Counted from the first letter of the stretch, positions 14,041-30,318 are shown. The stretch is 64,000 nucleotides of DNA from Salpingoeca rosetta (GCA_033442325.1 JAWQFM010000019.1:200398-264397); one strand, 5' to 3'. The notes: a model not told the origin generated them from the sequence alone. Numbers and translations are program-made.

Positions 14041-15119
14041 GACCACCACCAATCACCACCAATCACCACCAATCACCACTACTACTACTCCTACAATCAC
14101 CACCGTCGCCAACGTCATCATCACTAGCCGTTGCTGACGTACAAAGGCCTGGTGTCGGGCTGTGCCGACGGATGCGGCGAGGTCAGCGGTGCGGTCGCGC
14201 AGCCCAAGTTGCGTGCAGATGCTTGACACGACGTCGTGCGCACGCTTCGACGTGCTCGTCGCAGCGCACATGTGCCTGTCCGCCATTTGCAGCGCAGGTG
14301 TGTGTGCGTGTGAGTTGTGTTTGGTGTCGAAGGGCTACGATGAGAAAATAATGTTCCAACGATACTTGGTTGGCGTATACGAACGAACACAGACGCACAT
14401 GCCACACACATACACACGCACACATACACACACAGGCACACAAGCAGACAGGGCTTACGTGACGAGGTTGGCGTTTGGGTAGCGCTGAAGAAGGTTGAGG
14501 GCAATCTGGGCCACATGGAGGGATTTTCCGCCACCAAAAGGTCCATGAACATTCACCACGCGGGCGCCGCTGTCAATGGACTTCAAGAGTTCAGTCTCGC
14601 AAATGGTCGACTTTGGGCGAAGCGGCTGTGACGACAGACCGGCCGTGATCATCCTGCATATGGCGTGTGTTAGGATTACATGAAGGAACACCACAAAGCA
14701 AGAAGGTCAACAAAAGCACCGCAGCAAGCAAAATACACACACACACACACTCCCTCCGTCTGTCTCGTGTACTCTCTCACTCACAACACACAACACAACA
14801 CAACACACAACACAACACAACACAACACAGCACAACACAACACAACACACAACACAACACATCCCTCCTTCGCACACACACACCTGTGAAAGCTGTATGG
14901 GTGCGTTGGCAGCGTGTATTTGGCCAGCATGGTTGCGGCCAAGGATTCGAGCACACGTGTAAGATGCAGCAGCAGCGCTTGTGACGGCGTTGCAAACGAG
15001 GCTGCTGTAGCAGTCGTCGCAAAGACGTCACTTCTGTCACTTGCATGTGGTGATGATGGTGATGGCGATGCGGGCGGCGTGACCTCCTCAAGCCAGCAGC
15101 ACGGCGACGACGACGACGA

Positions 15120-15152
<33 letters not shown>

Positions 15153-16452
15153 TGATGTGGATGTGGACGATGTGGATGACGATATGGACAAAGGTGCTGG
15201 TGTTGGTATTGGCTTCGCTGTTGCACAGGCGTCGCGAATCTGCTTGATCAGCTGCGAGTAGGCTGAAGAGGCACTGCTACCGTTGTTGCTGCTGGTGTTG
15301 TTGTTGTTACTGCTGGTGTTGCTACCGCTGTACCCGCGGCCACCGCTGCCGTCAGAGCTGCCAGGTGGCAGGGCAACAACCACCAGCGGCGTGCCAACCT
15401 GAAACAACAGCAACCCGTGTGTGCGATGTGCATGACGTGTGTCATGAGTGAGGTGCATGTGAGGGGAGGGGGACGAAAGGGGCAAATGTCTAACGCAACA
15501 TCCGCACATGGTGAACGCATGCAGCTGCCGAGAAGCATCGCGTTCATAATAACCACAGTAATACCACCACACACGTCGACAAACGCACACGCACACGCAC
15601 ACGCACACGCACACGCACGCACGCACGTCGATGGTGTACAGGAGGTATTCCTCGGCATATGTGCGGTGCCGTGGGTTGAGATTTGGCATGGCAGCGCGGA
15701 TATCAAGCAGCTCGCCTTGGATATCGGGAATGCTCGCTCTACCGTGTTGTAGTGAGAGCGCGTGTGTGAGAGGGTGCAAGCGTGTGCAAGCGTGTGCATG
15801 TGTGTGTGTGTGTGCGTGTGTGCTGTTTAAGGGTGAGCAGGTGGTGACATGATGACAAGCAGGCCCTTGCAGTGAACAAGTCCGCGTACAGCTGTGCTTC
15901 GATGTCCTTTTGAGACACAAATGCCACGATGAGATCATGCCTATGTTGCACAACAATGCACATCACACGACATGGTGGTGAGCACAAGAGGCCATCGACA
16001 TGGTGGCTGACGTGCACGCTGCGCGCTGCAGGCAAAACGAAGCACAGATAGACAGGGAAACACACACACACACACACTCACTCTCTCACTCACACACTCA
16101 CTCACACACACATTGACGGATAAATACAGGCAGATACAAACGCACCTACGTGCACACACACCCGTCACGCACGCACGCATATACACACACGCACAAAGAC
16201 AGGCACACACACACAATCAAGAACAGCACGCGCACATTCAGGTTACCGCTTGATGAGGTCAAATGTGAGGAAGAGCGGGAGATCATCAGCTGGGAGCTGC
16301 GCCTCCCAGTCGTCGAGATGCAGCAGTTCCAGGGCACCCATGTTGACCAGATCGGCCTCCAGGCGCCTGAGATGTGACTCGATTGCGGCTTGCACTGGCT
16401 TGTGGCGCTCGTCCACAGAGGGCCGGATACACACCCGAATTGCGGCCGCCAT
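5320..16452 (-). CDS. Large multi-exon STAND-class NTPase: degenerate DUF4062-like N-terminus plus NACHT-like domain interrupted by SH3-like modules and low-complexity sequence
   Basis: Exon 1 MAAAIRVCIRPS...DLIKR/HDLIVAFVSQK. Walker A VVNVHGPFGGGKS (about 14521-14560), then THMCAATSTS...DVVSSICTQLG. Walker B DPVFVIIDDFHAL (about 7797-7836), then IPPAVPDNVVFIVTSR (about 7435-7490). Large exon about 8402-12638. Last exon NRRHRSRVHRGRNRVQFNV* ends at 5320. Splice phases are compatible at the junctions checked. Confidence 0.75.
13224..14625. repeat. Tandem duplication with 713-bp period (13224-13912 and 13937-14625) and a 24-nt unique spacer
   Basis: Identical ORF translations offset by 713 (13411..13839 vs 14124..14552). 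Both copies start in a (CCACGA)n microsatellite. Confidence 0.95.
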
Positions 16453-17317
16453 CTTGCCTGTTGGCGTGCTGCTGGCGTGCTATTGGGGGGCGCTGGTGCT
16501 TCACTTGCCGCCGTCGACGCTTCCAGGCGCCGAATGGGTGCTGTCAAACACCCTGGGCAGGCTCGCTGGTGCTGTAGTTTTGTGTGTGCGCGCGTGTGCG
16601 CGTGTGTATATATCTATTTGCGCGTGCTCGCTGTGGTACGGGGTTGGTCCAGCGCAATGTGAGCTGCACAGGTTGTGTTGTTGCTGCTGCAATGTAGTGG
16701 CTTGCTTGCTTCGTTGTTGTCTTGCTTGTGTGTTGCTTGCGGTGGGCTCCGTGTGCTTGTTCTGCTGCTTGAGGCTGTTGCGTTTGCTGCTGCGCTTGCT
16801 GCGTCCGCTGCTGTTGTTGCCTGTCTCCTTCCCTCCTTCCTCACACCTTCACCTACTCCTTCCCCTCGCCTTCACCTTCTCTCTCCTTTGCAGTGGTTCT
16901 TCTTCTTGTTCTTCTTCCCCTACTCTTTGTCTCCAGCCCTACCCGCAAACACTTGCACGAGCGCCCGAGCCTCACCCGAGCTGCTCCGTGCCAGCAGTCA
17001 CCAGTCCCTCAAGGCACACCCGACCAGGCCGAGCCTTGCAATGCACGTGGGACCTGCTCTTTGTCGTACCGCGGTACGAGGAGCGTGATGTGTGATGAAA
17101 AGTCGTGCCTGTGTGCTGCTTCACTTCTGTTTTGCTTTTCTTGTTGTCTTGAGCTTTGTTCTTTCTGCTCTTCACTCCTGCTGGTGCTGGTGCTGCCGCT
17201 GTTGATGCTGTTGATGCTATTTGATATGATGATGATGCTTCCGCTTGATTTCCCGCACGCACAACAGCCAGGTTGCTAGCCCGCCAGCCCACCGCACACG
17301 CACGCTGTCTGAATAAC

Positions 17318-17353
<36 letters not shown>

Positions 17354-18003
17354 CGATGTGCAGGCGGCTCTGCTGCAATCCCCCACCAATCAATCAAAAA
17401 GGTCCGGCCTGCCAACCAACCAATCCAAATCCCACAATCCAACCCCAAAATCGCTTCTTGCTTTTGTTCTTGCTTGCTTGCTTGCTGCTTCGACTTGTTG
17501 CTTGCTAAACGCCACCACACTTCGCTGCCCAAAAGGACAAAATTTACCTTCAAGGCATCAAAAAGCAAATTTGCCTTTCAAAGTCGTCGTTACCTGCTAC
17601 GCTTTGTGGTGTTGCATTACTTTCCCCGCTGCGGCGCACATTGTGCGCATGACCAATCAAGTTGATGGTGAAGACATTCGCCAAATTTAGTCGCACCACA
17701 TCAAAAAAGCGACCTGAGACAGTTTGCAATGCCAACCACCAAACCTCAACAGGCGTGATAGATCACCTGACACACCACACCACCCGCCACGCTGGTTTTT
17801 TTGTTGTGGCTCAAAAAGCATCCATCGCTCAGCTGCTGCCACCACCGCTGCTGTTGTGCCCGTGCGTGGGTGATTTGTTGGACCATTCTTCTTCTCACCC
17901 TCCCAACAACACCCTCCCAACAACACCCTTCCTTACCCATTCATCCATCCATCCATCCAACCTGACCCCATCCCCACCTTCACACACAAGGAAAAGCAAA
18001 GCA

Positions 18004-19776
18004 ATGGCAGCCCTGTTCGTTCGTTCTGCGCTCTGCGCCCAGCGCCAGCAGGCACACCTGCCTGTGGTTGCGCGCCTGCTCACCTCCACCACGGCTGCGC
18101 GCCGCGCCACCAAGACACCAAAGGGCTCGTCCGCGGCCCCGCTCGCCGCCAGTGCCACCACCAACACCGCCCGCATGCACCTGCCATCCTTCTCCAACGA
18201 GGAGCTGGCCGAGATGGTGGAGAACCGCAAGGTCTCCGTGCACAAGCTGGAGACGCTGCTGGAGGACACGCAGCGCGCCGTCGACGTGCGCCGCATGGTC
18301 ACCCAGCGCGCCCTCGCCAAGGACGGCAACATCAAGAACGCAGACACGGCCATGGACGACCTCCCGCACGGCGAGTTTGACTACCGCGGCTTCTACGACA
18401 GCATCCACGGCACCAACTGCGAGGCCGTCATCGGCTACATGCCGGTCCCCGTCGGCGTCGTCGGGCCCCTCGTCGTCAACGGCCAGACCTTCCGCGTGCC
18501 CATGGCCACCACGGAGGGCGCCCTCCTCGCCTCCACCAACCGCGGCTGCCGCGCCATCACCATGTCCGACGGCGCCACCTCGGTCATCCTGAAGAACGGC
18601 ATGACCCGCGCCCCGCTCGTCCGCGTGCCCTCTGTCGCCTACGCCGCGGAGATGAAGGCCTGGATCGAGTCACCGGAGAACAAGCAGGCCCTCACCAACG
18701 CCTTCAACTCCACCACCCGCTTTGGCCGTCTGCAGGACATTGACGTCCGCATTGCCGGCCGCAACGTCTACGTCCGCTTTGCCTGCCACTGTGGCGACGC
18801 CATGGGCATGAACATGGTCACCAAGGGCACCGTCGAGGCCCTCGCCCTCCTCAACGAGCACTTCCCCGAGGCGCAGATGATCGCCCTCTCCGGCAACGTC
18901 TGCTCCGACAAGAAGGCCGCTGCCATCAACTGGGTGGAGGGCCGCGGCCGCTCCGTCGTCTGCGAGACCATCCTCAAGAAGAACGTTGTCGAGAACCTTC
19001 TCCACACGACCGTCGACGACATGATCTTTGTCAACCAGAACAAGAACCTCATTGGCTCTGCCGTTGCGGGCTCCCTCGGCGGCTTCAACGCCCACGCCGC
19101 CAACATTGTCGCCGCCCTCTTCATCGCCACGGGCAACGACCCGGCCCAGGTGATTGAGAGCTCCCAGTGCATCACCGTCCTGGAGAAGGAAGGCGAGGAC
19201 CTGCACATGTCCGTCTCCATGCCCTCAATTGAGATTGGCACCGTCGGTGGCGGCACCTCCCTCCCCGCACAGGCCGCCGCCCTGAAGATGCTCGGCTGCC
19301 AGGGTGCCAACCGCGAGGCCACCGGCGCCAACGCCGACACGCTGGCCCACGTTGTGGCCAGCTCCGTCCTTGCCGGCGAGATTTCCCTCATTGCCGCCCT
19401 GGCCACCAACGACCTCCTCAAGGCCCACATTGACCTCAACCGCAAGACCTCCTCCCCAGCCGAACAGGCGCAGGAGGCCGTCGCCAGCAACACATCCTCC
19501 GCCGCTGCAACCGGCCACCCCAGCGCCACGACCACCCGCGGCATGCACACGAGCAGCGTTGTGGGGCACGCCATCACTTTCGGGCACCCCTCCACGGGCG
19601 GCCCCCTCAACGCCCGCGCCGCGTCAAGCAGTGCTGAGCAGGCCATCTACTACGCGCCAGGCACTCGCCTCTCCACCTTTGCTGCCTCTGGCCCCGCCCT
19701 TCCCCACTCTGTTTCCTCATCCGCCGCGTCTGCGGACGAGTACGGCTCCGACGGCCCCATGCTCCCCGTCCCCTGA
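18004..19776 (+). CDS. HMGCR: Class I HMG-CoA reductase, soluble (no membrane domain), intronless
   Basis: Motifs NCEAVIGYMPVPVG, VPMATTEGALLASTNRG, GDAMGMNM, SGNVCSDKK, GGFNAH, EIGTVGGGT and catalytic His in AHIDLNR. Strong C-ending codon bias begins at ATG 18004. Confidence 0.98.
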   Translation: MAALFVRSALCAQRQQAHLPVVARLLTSTTAARRATKTPKGSSAAPLAASATTNTARMHLPSFSNEELAEMVENRKVSVHKLETLLEDTQRAVDVRRMVTQRALAKDGNIKNADTAMDDLPHGEFDYRGFYDSIHGTNCEAVIGYMPVPVGVVGPLVVNGQTFRVPMATTEGALLASTNRGCRAITMSDGATSVILKNGMTRAPLVRVPSVAYAAEMKAWIESPENKQALTNAFNSTTRFGRLQDIDVRIAGRNVYVRFACHCGDAMGMNMVTKGTVEALALLNEHFPEAQMIALSGNVCSDKKAAAINWVEGRGRSVVCETILKKNVVENLLHTTVDDMIFVNQNKNLIGSAVAGSLGGFNAHAANIVAALFIATGNDPAQVIESSQCITVLEKEGEDLHMSVSMPSIEIGTVGGGTSLPAQAAALKMLGCQGANREATGANADTLAHVVASSVLAGEISLIAALATNDLLKAHIDLNRKTSSPAEQAQEAVASNTSSAAATGHPSATTTRGMHTSSVVGHAITFGHPSTGGPLNARAASSSAEQAIYYAPGTRLSTFAASGPALPHSVSSSAASADEYGSDGPMLPVP

Positions 19777-20761
19777 GCACAGCTCCGGCAGCTCCTCGTC
19801 AACATGACTACTAGCTCTAGCGCAGCAGCCAACGAACAACATCGATAACAACTTCTACACCTGTATGGCTACAAAGGCGTGGGCGTTCGTTCCATCACGG
19901 CACCACGTTTGCTGCCCCCCCCCCTTTTGCCTTGTGTCTCTCACACACTCTCCCTTTCCCTCTTTTTTCGCTGTGTTTCACCTCGTCCCTTTTCTTGTTT
20001 CCTTACTTCCTTTTGACATTCGCGTGTATGCATTCCCGCTGTTTCTTCTCTTGTAAGCAGCGTTATGTTGCTTGTGTGTACACTGACAGTGATGTTCTCT
20101 TTGGTGTTTGTGTTGTTCGCCGCATGTACATATTATTGCTGCGGTTTGATGACTTGACTTGACCGACTAAGATGTGATGTGATGTGGTGTGCCACATCTT
20201 GTTGTCCCCTCCCGCTGCTGCCGCTGCGTCGTTTAGCCAACACTGCTGGCTGTTCATGGGCACAGAGGCCCGCCGTTGCTCCTCTTTGTGTCTTCTTTCC
20301 TGCCTCGTTTCTGCACGCGGTTGGCGCTTGTGGTGTGACGACGCCCCCCTCCCCCTTTGGTTATTGGGAGGGTGTGCGCAACACTGTGGGTGTTCATTAG
20401 CGTGCTTCCCCGCAATCGCTTGTAGCTTTGCGATTCTTTCGCGCGGTGGTGACAATGATGATGTGGTGGTGTTGCTGTTTGTTGCTGCTGTCCTTGTCGC
20501 GGACATGTTCATGTGTCTGCATAGCCAGCCAGCCAGCGAGCAAGCCACTGTTTGCTGTGGATATAAATCGACCCCCTCCTCTCCTCAAGCCAGCATCATC
20601 AATGGAATTGCAGTGGGCGTGTTGTCGTGTAGAGAGGAAGGGCATGTATTGGTTGGTTGGTACTGTCATCATCATGTGTGCGAGAATCAGAGGAGTGCGC
20701 CGCATTTTTCAACTTCCACTGGCAGCAAACACAAAAACAACAAACAAAGGAGGAAAGGAAG

Positions 20762-25646
<4,885 letters not shown>

Positions 25647-26089
25647 CGCCATGCACACACACACACGCACACGTTCATGTTATTTGTTTTCTATTGTTCC
25701 GCTGCTCTGCTTGCCGCTGTGTACCCCTATATTTGCTGCTGTGTACTCACACAGCACAGAGTTTTGAATTTGGTTGCATGTTTAAACGCTGGGCGCAAGC
25801 TGGCCGGGATCAGTGCACAAGCAAGAACACACCACACCTCAACAACAACACTGATAACGAGGGGATCGACTTAAGTTGCACAGTTACACAGTTGTACAAT
25901 GCATCCAAGACACAATCTGCAGTGCAAACGCGAACGCAGCAACCTGCCTGCTTGCTATCAACACTTTACAAACACACCAAACACAATAATGAGAAAAACA
26001 GCCCATTGAAACCAAGAAAGAACCATGGAAAGTCGTGTGTAACCGCTTCACACAAGCGCGTCTCGAGTTCCTGCTTGCGTGGTGTCGTG

Positions 26090-26621
26090 TCACGCAGCTG
26101 CTGGAGGCGGTGTGGCAACGAGTGCTTTGTAACCAGGCACGCGCTGCCGCCGCTGGTGCTGCTCTGCATCCTCAATGGCCGTGTGTGTGTTTGAGGTGAA
26201 GTGCCCAAACAACACGGACGCGTGTGCCAGGCAGCACAGCTGCTGATCGTGACGCTGAAACCCAGCACCCTGAGAGTGGTGGTGGTGGGGATAATGTGAT
26301 GAGGTGTGGGGGATGCATTTGGAAGAGAGAGCGTGCAGGCGACGAGGCAAAGCAGGCGTGCTGCTTCTGGAAGCGTGCGCACAAGTGCACTCAAACGAAA
26401 CCACTGCGCTGAACCAAAACAAACCCCAATCACAGCACAAGGCGCAATAAGCACATCAACCGACTCACTTGCACTTGCTGAATGTTGAAGGCGTTCTGCG
26501 CGTTGCCAAAGGGGGCGTGTTCGTTGGCAAACACGTTGATGCTAAACTTGCCCGGCTTGAAAATGTCGAGGACCTTGAGAATCATGGGCGTGTAGTCCTC
26601 CTGGTCATGCCAATGGTGGTG

Positions 26622-26717
<96 letters not shown>

Positions 26718-28624
26718 TGTGGTGTGGTGTGTGTGTGTGTGTGTGTATGTGTGTGTGTGTGTTGGAGGGGGCGGGAGGGAGGTGAGGTAATTTAGCAGCT
26801 GGCGATGAAGAATGGCGCAAGGCTCGAATGCGCAACATTCAACCACAAACAGAGACACAGAGACACAGAGACACAGACACACACGCGCACACACACATGC
26901 ACAGACATACACACAGATACACAGACACACGTGCGCGCACGCACACACACACACGCACACACACAACACCTTGAGCACGTCGGTTTCGAAGCTGACGTAT
27001 GAAAATTCCTCTTGCGGGGTCACGTGGATGGTAAAGTAGAATTCGCCAAACACAGCATTGCAGGAGTACCCGCAGGGGTCGAAGAGAAACTCGTGGATGT
27101 GTGCGCCGGGCACAATGTCCGCAATACCGGACTGCTGTGTCACCTCGCGCGCTGTCAACGTCGACTTGTAGAACGCGTTCATGGCCGTTCTGTCCAGTGA
27201 CGTCATCATGATTTCGACTGTGACGTCAGGGCAGGTGATGTGGAGCTGGTTGTTGAGCGTGTAGAGATACCAGCGGTCCCCGTTGAGCCGCCCAAGCGGA
27301 TACGCAACCCCGTCAAAGTACTGGTCAAGGTACGCAACCTATCGTGTGTGTTTGAGCGTGTTTGAGCGTGTGCGTGTGCGTTGGTGTGTGTGGGGTCGTT
27401 GGCGGGTGGCGGATGGTTTGTGTTATTTTTGTTCGTATGAATGTGTGCGAGACACAGATGAGCAATGGCTACACAGCAAAACCACAAAACACACACCAAA
27501 GGCCAAAGTGCAATCCCGCCGCCACCACCACCTCCACCACTACAGCACTGCACCTCTTCGCGAAAGTCCCTGTGCGGGAACTCCTGCGTGTGCGGGGCGA
27601 TGAATTCGCGGCGGCTGAAGAACATATCGTCAATCTCCGTCAGGCCGACGTCCGCGGCCGCCTGCACGATCAGCGGCAGCGCAGGCAGCAGCCGCGTCGT
27701 GCCACATGTCTGAACGCGGTCATGGCATTGGGGAGAAGGGGGTTGAGGTGAGGTTGGGGAAAGGGGATGGCGTCAGCGAAGTGAAGCAAGGTGAGAGCAT
27801 TGAGGCAAGGTGTGCGGTTCAGCAAACACACACACACACACGCACATGCACACACATACACAGACACACGTGCACACACAGACACACGTGCACACACACA
27901 CACGTGCACACCTTGAGGATGATGCGATAGGCGGTGATGAAGAGGCTGCTTTCGCTGAGGACGTAGCTGTCCATGAAGTCGCCGTGGAACGCGTCGAGAA
28001 TGCAGCACTTGGCTTCATCAAGAATGCCCTCAACGCGCGCCCTACACACAAGCAATAGCCAATGCAAACGCGCGTGCATGGCGGGTCCGTGAGTGAAGAG
28101 AGTGTGAAGTTGGTGAAGAAAAAGCGTGGGGCACAGAAGGTGGGTTGGCAAAGGGGGGGGGGGGAGATTGGGAGAAAGCCAACAGGGCGAAGGAAAAAAA
28201 AAAAAACTCCAACCCACGAATGGTGTGTGTGTGCGAAAGGCAAGCGCTGCACCTTGGAATGGCGCGAAGGCCTTGGGCGTCATCACGATGTGGGTGCTTG
28301 CCTGAGAAAAATGCCAAGGGCACAAGCAAGCATGCAAGCAAGCAGCGCGATGGTCAAAGCGTGGAGAGCTGCACAAACCCGGCAAAGAAGACACATACAC
28401 ACACGCACATACACGCACGCACACACATACACGCACGTACACACATGCATACACACATACATACACGCATGTACACACTGCATACACACATACATACACG
28501 CATACACATGCACACTCACACACACACACATACACACTCTACCTGGAGTGATGGTGGAGTTTGGCGGCTTGAACCAAACCTCCAAGAGCTTCTCCTGGCC
28601 CTCAAAGAAGTCGTTGTTGTCCAT
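26090..28624 (-). CDS. AMD1: S-adenosylmethionine decarboxylase proenzyme, multi-exon
   Basis: [25 protein letters not shown] (E-S autocleavage site), [42 protein letters not shown]. Last exon ends ...ATPPPAAA* at 26090. Confidence 0.97.
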
Positions 28625-28892
28625 GTTGAGCTCTGGGGTCGACGAAGGAGGACAAGTCAGGCGTGCTTTCTATCTTGCGCGGTCACTTGACTCTTCGCGT
28701 CGGGAGTGCGGCGAAAGAGGACGGCAGTGAAGGAAGGGAGCGAAAACGGGAATTTGTGTGCACGTATGCGTGCGAGCGCGAGTGCGGGTGCGAGAGCGAG
28801 GGTGTGTGGAGCAAGAGAATGCCGAGGCTGCTGGGCGTTCACGCGTGGTCGGCGTGGTCGGCGTGCTCGGCGTCGTTGGCTGTTGGGGTGGT

Positions 28893-28925
28893 TTAGGCAG
28901 GTCCTATCGAGGCACTTTCCAGCAT
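28893..28925 (-). promoter_or_regulatory. Candidate uORF MLESASIGPA* in the AdoMetDC 5' leader
   Basis: ATG at 28925 and TAA at 28893, about 270 nt upstream of the main ATG and directly after a good 3' splice site (ttcctgcttgcag). No other ATG was seen between it and the main ORF. Confidence 0.45.
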
Positions 28926-29395
28926 GAACTGCAAGCAGGAAGGCCACTCCCACGAGGATGCATCAAAGCGAGGAGGTGTTCCACAAAGGGAAGCACACAA
29001 GAGGGGATGGATCGAAAATGACCACAGGCCAGCGAAGCGTGGGAGGGTGGTGGCACAATGGCGCTACCGCTCGTGTTACAATGTACTGTCACAACGTACA
29101 ACAAGCAAGAAGGAAGTGTGTGCGCGTGTCGTATGTGTGTGCGTGTGTGACGGTATGTGCGTGTGCGTGTGTGCGTGTGCGTGTGTGTGCTCTTTTGTGG
29201 CTTGTCGACAAGCAAGAAGCGAGACAGTCTCCACTCGAGTGCTGGCTCCCTACGTTCAAATGTGTGCGTGGTGCGTTGCGGAAAGTGTGGGAGCGTATGG
29301 GCTGTCTTGTGCACTGGCCGCCAGGCACAACGTGAAGCACAAAAAAACGAAGCCGCGATGGTGGCTTCGGGAAGGAATCTGAATTCAGTTTGGCA

Positions 29396-30232
29396 ATGGA
29401 AGAAACGAAGCAGACTGAAGTCAGTTTCAGAACTGAAACCAGTCGCGCAATGACGACGACGACTGTTGTTGTTGGTGGTGGATTGGAGCAGCATCGTCGG
29501 GTGCCTGGCTTGGATGAGGTCTTCTACATCCCAAACTTCATCTCCGACGAGGATGCCCAACGCGTGCTGGACAACATCTATGCCGCTCCAAAGGTACTCT
29601 TGCGCATGTGCTGACATATGTGTGTGTGTTTGCACCTGTGTGTTGCATGTGTGTGTTGCATATGTGTGCGTTTGCATGTGTGCGTTTGCATGTGTGTGTG
29701 GCTGGTTTATTGGGGAATGACAAGTTCCACTCACCTCGTTGACCGGCTTCGTTCTTCTTCCGACCAACCAACCCTCTCCTCCGCATCGTTCACTCGTCTC
29801 CCCCGCTGGTTGCGTCTTTCCCTCGTCAGCCAAAGTGGGTGCACCTGAAGAACCGGCGACTTCAGAACTGGGGTGCACCTGAAGAACCGGCGACTTCAGA
29901 ACTGGGGCGGTCTTCCGTCGCCAAAAGGTCAGACAAATGTTGAGACGCGTTGAGTCTGCAAAGGCCAGTTCAATGTGAACTTGCCACCCGCGTGCCGATG
30001 CGTGTGCCCTGCCGTGAACCAGTGGCTCACAACAATCTTATGCTGTGCATGCAGGCATGCTGGAGCAACCGCTGCCCTCTTGGCTGTCCCCATGGACGAA
30101 AACAGTGAGTGATCTGGGTATCTTTGGGGAGGATCGTCTCCAAGCCAACCATGTGCTCATCAACGAGTACGAACCAGGACAAGGTGAGCTTGAGCGTGTG
30201 TATGCGTGTACGTGTGTGTGCTTGTGAGCTTG

Positions 30233-30318
<86 letters not shown>

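Noticed and set aside
17662-18003. In-frame upstream extension of the HMGR ORF
   Set aside because: Starts at a non-ATG codon, has UTR-like composition, and codon bias begins at 18004.
18670-19646. Long antisense ORFs over HMGR (similar ones over the STAND, zinc-finger and RTK exons)
   Set aside because: Expected shadow ORFs of GC-rich, codon-biased coding sequence.
23-19776. FNTB and HMGR as an isoprenoid gene cluster
   Set aside because: Separated by two unrelated genes; no other pathway members nearby.
26048-26092. Vertebrate-style AMD1 stop-codon readthrough tail
   Set aside because: Stop context is TGA-CAC rather than TGA-CTAG, and another in-frame stop follows after 13 codons.
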